Assembly (NCBI GenBank): GCA_946965045.2
Contig: OX337233.1
Coordinates: 124,001-188,000 of the forward strand
Reading direction: 5' to 3'
From: Epithemia pelagica
Lineage: Eukaryota > Protista > Bacillariophyta
DNA length: 64,000 bases
The notes beneath the pieces were generated by a model. The model saw only the letters and a program-made list of their open reading frames with translations, searched no databases and was not told where the DNA came from. Position 1 is the stretch's first letter. Every line of letters starts with the position of its first letter. Positions 32,001-41,694 of this stretch are shown here, one piece after another. The position numbers and the translations under genes are program-made.

Positions 32001-34111
32001 TCTCCATTAACCCTTCCAAATGTGAATGGGCCGTTAAAGAAACGGAATGGCTCGGCCATTGGCTCACGCCCACTGGGATCAAACCCTGGAAAAAGAAGAT
32101 TTCTGCCATCTTGGCATTGGCTCCGCCAAAAACCATGAAAGAACTCCGTTCCTTCATTGGCATGATCAATTTCTATCGCCACATGTATCCGCAACGATCT
32201 CATATTCTTGCTCCCCTCACATCCATTACAGGTAACAAGACCCTCGTTTGGTCCCCGCAATGTCAACGTGCTTTCGACAAAGCCAAGTCCATGCTCGCAC
32301 ATGATGCCTTTCTTCGGTATCCCGACCATAACCTTCCCTTCCATGTCTATGTGGACGCCTCTGATTACCAGCTTGGTGCTGTAATCATGCAACAAGACGT
32401 TCCCGTCGCTTATTACTCTCGCAAGTTAAACCCTGCTCAACGCAACTACACTACGATGGAAAAGGAGTTACTCTCCATTGTCGAAACTCTTAAGGAGTTC
32501 CGCTCCATGCTTCTCGGCTGTGCCGAACTGCATGTCCATACGGACCATAAAAATCTTACCTACGCTACGCTCAACTCGCAACGGGTCCTCCGTTGGCGGT
32601 TGTTCCTCGAGGAGTATCACCCTATTTTTCACTATGTCCCTGGCCAGGACAATGTCATCGCCGACGCCTTGTCGCGTCTCCCTCTCTCTGAAGAGGAGGA
32701 GAAGAGTGTCTCTCCGTCGTCGACCTCCTCTACGGATGCCTCGCCGCCTCCACGATCGCTCTATGATCATAGCGGACAACACTCAGTGTTGCAAGTGCCT
32801 CATGGCCCTAATGATGACCCCCGCTCTCATCACTCGCGTGATCCTGACGCTTTCGAATCTCCCATCTTCATGGATGAGGATTTGATCGATGTCTACCTCA
32901 ATCATCCTCCCATTAACGCAAATCAACCATTGCCCGTCGATTACGCGACGATCCATCAACACCAACAAAACGATGCCGCTCTTGTGGCCAAGTTGACCGA
33001 ACAACCACAGAGATTCCATCTCCAACCCTTCCCTACGGAAAACCCACAATACAACTTGATTTGTTATCGTCAGAATCCTAATGCCGCATGGCGTATTCGT
33101 ATCCCAGACAGCCTCTTGGCACATACCGTCAATTGGTATCACCTGTCCCTCAATCACTTGGGGTCTACGCGTCTTCGTGAGACGATCTCTATGCACATGA
33201 GTCATCCTAATTTGGGTTTGTATTGTGAACAAGCCGTGGCTAGTTGTGCTACATGCCAACGCTCTAAAGTCATACATCGCCATTATGGTGAACTCCCTCC
33301 TCGCGAGGTCCGAGGCAACCCATGGGCTGACATCTCTGTCGACCTCATTGGACCATGGAACGTCACCGTTCATGGGCAGAAATTAACATTTCAAGCCTTG
33401 ACTATTATTGACAATGTCACTAATTTCTGCGAACTCATTCGCATCCATGACAAGACGGCACGTCACGTGGGTCTTCAATTGGAAAACGCGTGGCTCTCGC
33501 GCTATCCACGTCCCGTTCGTTGCCTTTTTGATCAAGGCGGTGAATTTATTGGACATGCGTTCACGCAAGTGCTTCGAAACCATGGCATTAAGCCAGTGCC
33601 GTTGACGGCCAAGAATCCTCAATCAAATGCTCTTTGCGAGCGCTTACATTTGACTGTTGGCAACACTCTTCGTGTGATCACCAACTATGAACCACCACAA
33701 GATGCACAAAATGCTGCACTTGCCGTGGATACTGCTCTGCAGACTGCTGCGTATTCCACTCGCACTGCCATTCATGGCGCCTTGAAATATTCTCCCGGCA
33801 GCCTTGCGTTCCATCGCGACATGCTGTTCGACATCCCTATTATCGCGGACATGGAAACAGTCCGTCTGAAACGACAACAGATTGTCGATGAACGCGCTCG
33901 TCTCGCAAATCGTTCTCGTGTCTTTCATGACTACGCTGTCAACGATCGTGTGTTGCTCCGCGCCACGAATCCGGACAAACTTGAGCTCCGCACAAGCCCT
34001 AATCCCTTTCGGATTACACAAGTCCATTCCAATGGCACTGTGACTATCCAACGTGGTCCCCACGTCACTGAACGAATCAACATTCGTCGCCTTGTTCCAT
34101 TTCGTGAATAA
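29042..34111 (+). CDS. gag-pol: Gypsy gag-pol polyprotein (1689 aa, single ORF, no chromodomain seen)
   Basis: PR ALLDSGAD; RT LPMG...VYIDD; RH VYVDASD/EKELL/TDHKNL; IN HLSLNH...CATC, SVDLIGP, FDQGGEF, CERLH. Confidence 0.95.
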   Translation: MSTGSSLVSLADVQRFQKRFDQASASDSSSALSTLKMKDDDDDKYYARLLPFRDGVDEEPSSLFLWVLHFVDKVKISGHPEPFAACCTYFPRVTTSLVADKFHDAFQALPDGANLDEACFKRLIATIFEPKLTVSEVNAFRAHLLSGPRKPPDMNVDIHYHTLQKISNGLRYLSNDNAVQALTDDELKQAFYLGSPVAWRNEFKTANPLVADLVNHFNITDLLHAMRGYQKVSQEKMAANAQSQAKSRNPRDDSTSRGSTKRFRSSNGGRGGLRGGNRQSNGGRQASGDRPVNDGDACPYKDAIPSHANHTWANCIYNPQSSNFNQERFNAFLARTGSGLRTPTGSHPNNGSQNQGRNGQGSRSQGTPSSGGSRPIGSNWGAVPRRSGSGSDQHASEGTSTGDNPPVDPSLAEPLPSVQDAAYRARQRPLTDSRDWSSLRNADRTVPGMCSSSFFTSSSPDISHHLDVLFAQQCHIQTGPPQAMPAENAILRPQFSRSANNCTRSTGVTWTSPTSTICPPLEATTNTVVSPCLNPTDAVIADIVDPNNGFLSNLDHYEDVYSSSSVSDAPSLSSPLSVAPSEPPSVPLTILMARSIGGVENTVPLRALLDSGADKTILHARCLQPGMHPRVTNRSVNTTMGTRDHVSEILLEDLVLPEFSRTKHISYPLWADIFDAPTCRYDIIIGRDLLRRLGIVLNFHTGLTTWDSVDVAMRHRDSFATDQTFMSHFIDIFADDPIIGDQFLLDSNYVPTDLQDLIDKQHHLTDAQKQDLLAIWQDCGKIFDGELREYPDRTLHLHLKPDAQPVHHRHFSVPRNIHDTFTKELWRFVDIGILERVGSTEWAAPHFAIPKKDGRIRMISDFRSLNAQLYRRVYPFPRIEDMLRKRKGYTYFTKLDISMCFYTFRLDEESSNLCVITTPFGKFRYRRLPMGVKQSPDFCQEIMEDVLKDFSDHVEVYIDDIGIFSNSWAEHVDILSKVLQRLQDKNFSINPSKCEWAVKETEWLGHWLTPTGIKPWKKKISAILALAPPKTMKELRSFIGMINFYRHMYPQRSHILAPLTSITGNKTLVWSPQCQRAFDKAKSMLAHDAFLRYPDHNLPFHVYVDASDYQLGAVIMQQDVPVAYYSRKLNPAQRNYTTMEKELLSIVETLKEFRSMLLGCAELHVHTDHKNLTYATLNSQRVLRWRLFLEEYHPIFHYVPGQDNVIADALSRLPLSEEEEKSVSPSSTSSTDASPPPRSLYDHSGQHSVLQVPHGPNDDPRSHHSRDPDAFESPIFMDEDLIDVYLNHPPINANQPLPVDYATIHQHQQNDAALVAKLTEQPQRFHLQPFPTENPQYNLICYRQNPNAAWRIRIPDSLLAHTVNWYHLSLNHLGSTRLRETISMHMSHPNLGLYCEQAVASCATCQRSKVIHRHYGELPPREVRGNPWADISVDLIGPWNVTVHGQKLTFQALTIIDNVTNFCELIRIHDKTARHVGLQLENAWLSRYPRPVRCLFDQGGEFIGHAFTQVLRNHGIKPVPLTAKNPQSNALCERLHLTVGNTLRVITNYEPPQDAQNAALAVDTALQTAAYSTRTAIHGALKYSPGSLAFHRDMLFDIPIIADMETVRLKRQQIVDERARLANRSRVFHDYAVNDRVLLRATNPDKLELRTSPNPFRITQVHSNGTVTIQRGPHVTERINIRRLVPFRE

Positions 34112-34191
34112 ATGGGTTTTAATGCTGGCCTCCAAGCTTTCCCATTCTTGTCCCGCTCGAACTCCCTCAATCCGACCAGGGAGAGGTAGAG

Positions 34192-34407
34192 TGCGGTACC
34201 CCTATATGGATCCCGCCATACGTGTCACCACGTTCCATTCCCGGTTCGCGTTCTTGACACTGCGACATGAATCTTTCGCCATCTGACTGTTCCTCCTCCA
34301 GTCATTTCTCGTCGCACGTGGCACTGTGGATTCCTCATTCCCCCTAATTCCTCGTAATTCCTAAAGATCACAATTTTTATACCGTGCTATTTTACATGGG
34401 TATGGCA
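34192..34407 (+). repeat. 3' LTR of gypsy
   Basis: Direct repeat of 28698-28913. Confidence 0.97.
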
Positions 34408-37400
34408 CTGGGGATGTACATCTAAGTAGGCTCAGTACAAAAGCTACGTAGAGTACATAAAATCCCATAGTACACGTCACGCCGGAGAAATGGTCGGAAT
34501 TTCAAAAAGAAATGCAAAAACGCTCGACAATGATGGCGAGATCCGGTGACGCCGTATGCATTCACCCATGCATCGCATAAACATCCAACCACCGTAAGTT
34601 CTTTGCCTTTACCTTTGAAATTGTTGTCTGAAATTACAGAAGATTTGCCAAGTTGGCTGAAAAGGTACGCTCATTTTTCTGCAGTGATGAAATCGAACGA
34701 CCGCCCTAACTCATTCATTTTTCAAGGGTGCCTGAATCAAAGTGAAAGCAAAGTTGCTCTAGTAGTAAAGATTCTTATTGTAAAAGTGATTCAGGCAGGC
34801 TCAATTGTTCAGGAAGTTATTGCCATGGGGGTGATGACTTCCACCATTGTCGAGCGATGGCTTCCAATTTGCATTGTTTCTCGTTTTCAATTTGAGACCA
34901 TCCGCCCCACTTGTTACACTGATGAAAATAGTACTACGTAGCTTAATGTACTGAGCCTACTTAGATGTACATGGATCGGTATCCCCAGCCCTTAGGAGCT
35001 TTCGTCACAAATCGTGACCGTTGCTTCTTCCGACCAGTTCTTGTTGACACTGTGCTCTTGTTGTTCCATCCTGCTAGTATACTGCTGGTCAATCGTTGGA
35101 GTCCAGCATAACGGGTGCCTGTCGTTGTCGTGGTGGTACTGGCACAGGTCAGTTTCGTCGCCATGTAATTTTCGGGACGCGTCGTCCCAGTAGTACACGG
35201 TGTTTCGTGGTGCCTCTCGCAAAGAACCCCAGCAATACGTCGCTCTTGTTCGAGCCCTGCCAAATAGCATAATACCAGCACAATAGGGAATGTGCTCCTT
35301 CGTCATCCTCTCGATTTGCAGAACACCAATGGCAGGATGCTCCTTGCCTGCAACCAAGGTTTGTTTCCAATCCCCTCTAGTAGTAGAACAACAGCAATGT
35401 GTTCGAGGTGGCCACCATGTGGCTTTGCGGACCAAGTGGAACATTTCTGATCAAGACAAGAAGAGTCCTTTTAGTATTCGTTTCCAACAACAAGAAGAAG
35501 GATGACAAAAAAAGGACAATCCAGTTGCTGCAGGCCTTGAAGCGTCAACGGAGAATGCCTGTAACAGTGATGAAGGTGATGTGTTGTTGTTGTTGTTGTT
35601 GGAATGTACAAACATGCAATGAAGGCTCCAGTCTGTCTGGTTGTTGGTTTCTTACGCATATCGAGTCGACGAGATGAAACGAAACTGCCCACAGGCCGTG
35701 GATGGAGACATGGGTGGGCTTCCGAATCCTCTGGGAAGGAAGTTGTTTGAATGATTGGACAGTACTACACGGCATCGGCGGGTTGAGACGGACAAGCGTC
35801 CAAAGTCATGGCATCCATTATGTGTGGCGGTAATACGAATGCTGTAAGGTTGCGCAGTGGTGGGTTGCCCACATTCCACACATCGTCCATTGTCGTCGAC
35901 GCCACGGAACAGCCCTAGCGTTTGCAATATTTTTTACTCTACAAAATAGTCTAGGTACATGGGATTTGAGTCATGAGGATTAGTGAATGAAAGTAGTTTG
36001 AACACCACAAGCACGACACACATGCGACCCGACTCCTCACCCCTGCTGGGGACTATTCCAATACATTGACGAGACGATGACGGATGACGGCGATGACGAG
36101 GACGACTTGACCTCTCATCGAGCAATTTGACCCACATGTCTCTTCCGGAAACTATGATAGATAACAACAACCATCAAGTGGCCTCGTCCAATCCGTGGGA
36201 ATTGAATTGCGGTTGCCAAGATTGATCAACACTCAAGTCACAGATCAAGGAGCGCAAGTCATTCGCGAGAGGTTTTGTATGGACCCTCAAGTTCGAATCG
36301 ACACTGTGGTGGATGGTGGCTGCTCCGTGCCGTTGCCGTTCTGATTTCTGGATCCGTGCCACTGCGATTGCTTCGTTGGTCGATGTGGGATTTTACTCGC
36401 GGCGCATCAGTATATGTGGGCAACTAAACATTGCGAACCGGTTGGGTAAATCGCACTATTTCGGGCCTTGTCAAGGATTTGATGCACAAGGGTCATTGTG
36501 GCAATTTTGTCATGTCATTTGAATCGACACGGTCAAAAGCCTTTGTCAACACCCATAACGCTCCTGTGAACGGCACATGGTGCAGTGGCTCACTCGATTT
36601 ACCAGGCATTACGGCATGCACAACAAACAGGGGAGCCCGCTCGATTTTTTGCAACAACAAGGAAATGGCGGACAATGGTTTCTCATCAGTCATAGACAAG
36701 GAAGAGCCATATACTCCGTGCTGTATCGGTTACTTCGCGAAACCATGGAACCGTTGTTGTCGGAACGGCGGTTTGGTGTGTACCCGCCTATCGGCATGCC
36801 CTACCAACCTTGCTTCAACTGCAACAACGGATGTTGACGACGGCCAATGAACGCGTGGACCAAGTCTCGATTCAATCTCTTATTCTGAAACCACGAATCT
36901 CTCTTTCTTCAACGTTGTGTGGATAGTTGTCCGTGGATCGTCCTCTGTCGAATCGTCTTTGTAGGATTCATATCATGTGGTGTCAGCGACAATGATTCCA
37001 AAACGGCCATGACGTGATTCACATTTTCTTCCTTGTGGACTCTACTCTACTGCTGCATAATTCGTTCGAATGTACAATGGCCGTGAGAGTATTCGTCCAA
37101 CAGTGATGGTACTGTTGTTGCTTTGCGTACTGTGACTGCTCGATGCTCATCAAAACGATACTCCAAGGTCGATTGCTGATTCGGCACAAAAACCAAGACA
37201 AGTGTCTCACCACCCAAGACAAGTGGCACGGCGGCGCAGCCAGAACACGGCATGGATAGGCGATAGGATTAACCAGCAGGTCTACGAAAGGTCGCGGTTC
37301 GCAGCAAAAGTTTCATAGCAGAAACACAAACGAAAGAAACAAGGCACAATGGAACCCTACGTTGTGGACAAGAACAAGCAAACAAAGACACCAGTAAGTG

Positions 37401-37594
37401 CAATCTACAATGCTGCAATCGCATCAGACTACCTTCTATCTCTGGCAACATGTTCTGTCTACTTATGAGTTACCATTAGTTACTAGGATTCCAATTGAAC
37501 GTGGAAAACAAGACGACCGTTAAAGGACAAAACTTCTGTGTCTCATCCTGTCCTCTATCGTAATGACATGTGTTGGGCTTCACGTGGTCCTTGG

Positions 37595-38722
37595 TTATTT
37601 CGGATACCCATTCCATCCCGAAAACTCGTACCATTCGTTCCGAGGCTGCTCACAGAGTCGACGAAAACACCACGAATTCCTATCCATTAGTGGTAATGTT
37701 GCACATGAAGGATTGATCCATCCACCAACCACGGCAACTTGATTGGCAACAGTCACCATATTGCAGCCATTTCGGGGATTTTCCAATAGCGGAAGATTCC
37801 ACACAAGGTTGCGGTTCGTATCCAACACTTCCACGGTTGAATTGTCCCAACCTCCCGCCACCACCAGACAAGATCCCACGGCTACCATTGCACAACAATC
37901 TCTAGGGTTGGAAAGCCTCAACTCCGCATGAGTGATCCAAGTGGACGAGGAAGATATGAATGTCGAACCAGTCTCCTTTTTTGTCTCATCACTGTCACAG
38001 GGTGTTGCAAAGTCCATATACTCCACCGAGTCAAGATGGCCATGATTGTTACTACCTCCAACGACAAAGATGCGGTGGCCAATGACCGCACTGGCACACC
38101 ATTTTCGTGGAACTTTCATGAATGGTCCAGCAGTGACAATGTGATTGTTGGTATCAATAATATCAACCGACGACAAAGAACGATCGTTGTAGCCACCCAT
38201 TATAACGATGTATCGGTTGTGAACTGGAACAGCACTACATCCTCTTCGTTCTGTTGATAGTCGACAATTCAATGTCGTCCAATGCCTCTCATGTTTGTTG
38301 CTTGCTGTTAAAGGTGATTGCAGCAAATTGTTTAGGTCAATTCGTTCGATACAATTTAAAGATGAACCTTCAGAGTATCCTCCCATCACGTAGACCCCTC
38401 CGCTGCACACAACAGCGGCATGTGCGGAACGGTTCTTGTTCATGGGTCGCCCTTCTCGCCACTGTTTGTTCCGTTCTGCTAGATTCAATACAAGAACGGA
38501 ATTGGTGACACCTTGACGTTGCTGATATCCACCCAACACGAAGACTGTTTGTGCTGTGTCGTTGTTATAGTCGGTCTTGACGGGATGATCAAGTACGACC
38601 GTAGCATGACAATAACGCCATCCACCCTCAAGAGGAGGCCAGTTCTCGAAATTCCATTCAGGTGTCTCGTCCAACAAGACAAGACCCGACTGCCATGCTT
38701 GTTCTTTCAGTGCCATGCTCAT
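37595..38722 (-). CDS. Kelch-repeat protein K6 (375 aa, intact, short C-tail)
   Basis: Six kelch blades; start MSMALKEQAWQSGLVL. Confidence 0.88.
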   Translation of the reverse strand: MSMALKEQAWQSGLVLLDETPEWNFENWPPLEGGWRYCHATVVLDHPVKTDYNNDTAQTVFVLGGYQQRQGVTNSVLVLNLAERNKQWREGRPMNKNRSAHAAVVCSGGVYVMGGYSEGSSLNCIERIDLNNLLQSPLTASNKHERHWTTLNCRLSTERRGCSAVPVHNRYIVIMGGYNDRSLSSVDIIDTNNHIVTAGPFMKVPRKWCASAVIGHRIFVVGGSNNHGHLDSVEYMDFATPCDSDETKKETGSTFISSSSTWITHAELRLSNPRDCCAMVAVGSCLVVAGGWDNSTVEVLDTNRNLVWNLPLLENPRNGCNMVTVANQVAVVGGWINPSCATLPLMDRNSWCFRRLCEQPRNEWYEFSGWNGYPK

Positions 38723-39720
38723 GGTTGCAAAGGTTGACTGCAGAATTTATGAGGATCGAGACACTGTCTTGTAAGAGGCACGTAGGTTTGCTTTGTTGTT
38801 GTGATTCTGATGGTTGCGGACTGGAAGCACGGCTGACTTCACGAAATGGATGGACCAAAGAGGGGTAGGAGGAGCTTTCATCACGAGTAAAACCGTGACC
38901 GTAGCCACGCAATGAATCGTGGAAGTTTTTGGATACCGAAATATAACCTCATGGCGAGACAGACAACCACTGATATGTTTGGCTTTCTCTCTTCCCCTGT
39001 GTCACATTCATAGGTTCTTCCGATGCGCTCATGACTAGAGGATCTCTTTGCAATCCAAGTCTCTGTGCTTTCGATAACCACAACGACCCTTGTTATAGAA
39101 GGACCCATGGGATGGTGATGTACACGTTACAAGAAACAAGAGATTCCGTGTACCCACCATTGCGGATCGTCCCTCACTTTGAAGACGAATACCGTAAATC
39201 AGAAGAGGATTTGCTTCCACCATATGCTTGTTTTGGCCCGATGGGTACCTCCTGATGTTGTTGCTCATCTAGCGTTAGGATGTTGTTGGGAAGACGACCA
39301 ACTGCTGGGACCACATGGTCGATCAAGAGAGTCTCATCACAAACACTGATTGCCCACGGGCACAGTGGGGTCGTTGGGCAGACCATCTCGAGGCTGTTTA
39401 GCCGTAAGAGAAAGCATACAGAGGGAGTTTTGTGGATGGACATCTTCGTCATTCTGCCGTCTCTAGTTTCCGCCATTGTCCGAGCTTTGCCAAACGCTCT
39501 TGGGAACACCAGCAGTATACCGATAGGGCATGAAATGTTGCCAATGGGAGCATGCTCCTTGCCGCAACCAAGGCTTGTTTCCAATCCCCTAGAGAGCAGA
39601 AAAACAGCACTGTGCTGGTGGGTGCCAACGAGAGAAGGTGGCCACCATGTGACTTTTTGGGGGGCCGGGTGAAACCTCACTGTTGGAGACTAGAAGAGTC
39701 CCTGTATTAGTCTTTTCAAG

Positions 39721-40099
39721 GAACAAGAAGAAAAGTGACAACACAGGACAATCCAGTTGCTGCAGGCCTTGAAGCGTCAACGGAGAATGCCCATAACAGT
39801 GATGAAGGTGATGTTTTGTGGTTGTTGCTGATGTCACTTGCAAAAGAGGTACAAGAAGAAAAGTGACAACACAGGACAATCCAGTTGCTGCAGGCCTTGA
39901 AGCGTCAACGGAGAATGCCCATAACAGTGATGAAGGTGATGTTTTGTGGTTGTTGCTGATGTCACTTGCAAAAGAGGAACAAGAAGAAAAGTGACAACAC
40001 AGGACAATCCAGTTGCTGCAGGCCTTGAAGCGTCAACGGAGAATGCCCATAACAGTGATGAAGGTGATGTTTTGTGGTTGTTGCTGATGTCACTTGCAA
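39721..40099 (+). repeat. Tandem triplication of a 128-bp unit
   Basis: acaagaagaaaagtgacaacacagg... starts at 39723, 39851 and 39979; copies are nearly identical. Confidence 0.95.
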
Positions 40100-41395
40100 T
40101 GGGTGTATGGTCGGGTTTTGTTTAGCATTTCCACGCATCACAATCACAATGCCATGGAATATCCAACAATACAGGAATGCTTCTCAGTCTGTCTGGTTGT
40201 TGGTTCCCATGAACGAATACCGAGTCGACCGAGAAGCAATGACACTATGTACAGGCCGTGGATGGAGACATGGGTAGTGATGCGAGTTGTCTGGGAAGGA
40301 ACTTGGTTCGACCGAGCTGTTGTTGTTTCGTCGACCGAGCTGTTGTTGTTGGCACTGCTCTTGTTGTTTCATCCTGCTGGTCGATGGTCATGACGGGTAC
40401 CGGTCGTTGTCATGGTACTGGCTCAGGTCAGTTTCGTCATCCTGCAATTTTTGCCATGGGTCGTGGTGTCTCTCGCGAAGAACCCCAGTAATACAACGGA
40501 TCAAAAGGCCAAGGCCACTTGCTGCTGACATGGCATGGTACGGTGTTTGTAAACTGTTGACCTTGGCAACCTGGCTAGGCGTCTTTTACAAAAAGCACCG
40601 GCAGGTTGCGCAATGCATGTCATGGGTCCATCTGTTGCGCCAGTGGGAGTGTGGTTGGATGTTTCCCAAGGAATACCTGCCATGAGTTTAGACTGCCAAT
40701 TGGGATGATCATTCTTTGGCCGCCATGGCCGTGGATCGAACGCCGTTGCCGTTGGGATGATACCGTAGATGCTAGATGCCTTGTTTCCCATTGAGTGTAG
40801 CAGTAGATTCTATTAGAGTGGTCGTTTTTTGGCGACGACATCAATCGATATTTTAGAGTGACACTGCTCGTCTCGGTCGGCGCCATTCCTGTCCTCATTC
40901 CGCGACCAAGATTTGGAAGGGACTCACAGACTTTGGGGGAGGGGGACTCCACATCAGTTTGGGGGAATATCCATTGAAACGAACGACAAAAAGATACCAT
41001 CAGCAAGCACCACAATGTGTCTGTCGCCGTCGTCGCCGTCTTTGGTTTCGGAGATTGACCTTTTCGCGCCTTCTGGCAGCGTTTTCTGCTGTGACTCGCT
41101 CTCATGTCTCCCGTGGAGGAAGACTCAAAAGAAGACTCTAATACTCAACGACAACTTTCATCGCAACAAGCTAGAAATCGTACCTTGGCTTTCGATTCGC
41201 AACAGGAGGTCTAGTGTAACAAACAACAACAACAACAACAACAGCAAAAGAAGAGCACTAGGACAATGTTATGCTTCCTGATCCACATGTCTTTCTTGGA
41301 ACGAGAATCCTCCTCCAGTACTGACCAACTAGTAAATCAGGATTGACGCCAGCAACAAGACCAGATAAATCTCTTTGTGTTGTGGCACTGCATGG

Positions 41396-41694
41396 TGTTG
41401 AGCAGAATGGTTTGGCCGTCAGCTTTTACCACTTTACTGTAAAATTGAACGTAATCCTATTTTACTGGCTTGATTGTTTCCAAAGAATGAGCTCTAGGTT
41501 CATTTGTTGGCGATTTGTTCGCCTTGCCTCTTCTGACTACGTCAGCGAACGTCACGCGTGCGGAGCTCGTCCTGCTTGTTTTGTTCTCCATAGTATTCTT
41601 CATTGTCTTTGGTCTTGCTTTCATTGTCTTTGGTCTTGCTTTGCCAGGCGTTCCCGCGTCGCAGTGTTTTCTTACTTGCTCATTATTTCCAACA
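41396..41694 (-). repeat. 3' LTR of copia-2
   Basis: Direct repeat of 47366-47664. Confidence 0.97.

Larger units (their letters stand above)
28698..34407 (+). mobile_element. Ty3/gypsy LTR retrotransposon, full length and apparently intact
   Basis: 216-bp TG...CA LTRs with no mismatch seen; CTGGG TSD (28693-28697, 34408-34412); PPT AGGGAGAGGTAGAG at 34178-34191; domain order PR-RT-RH-IN. Confidence 0.97.
28689..34992. mobile_element. Non-autonomous TIR element (MITE, ~589 bp without the nested gypsy) with TA target duplication
   Basis: Ends AGGGCTGGG / CCCAGCCCT flanked by TA (28687-88, 34993-94). Inner inverted repeat ATGTACATCTAAGTAGGCTCAGTACA at ~34413-34438 and ~34947-34972. Paralogous empty site GGGG-TA-GGAG at ~38861 and ~62326. 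Confidence 0.8.

Noticed and set aside
34546-34941. 131-aa ORF inside the MITE as a transposase remnant
   Set aside because: No DDE or HTH motif is recognisable.
39721-40099. Possible CRISPR-like array
   Set aside because: Contiguous 128-bp units without unique spacers, in a eukaryotic context with no cas genes.
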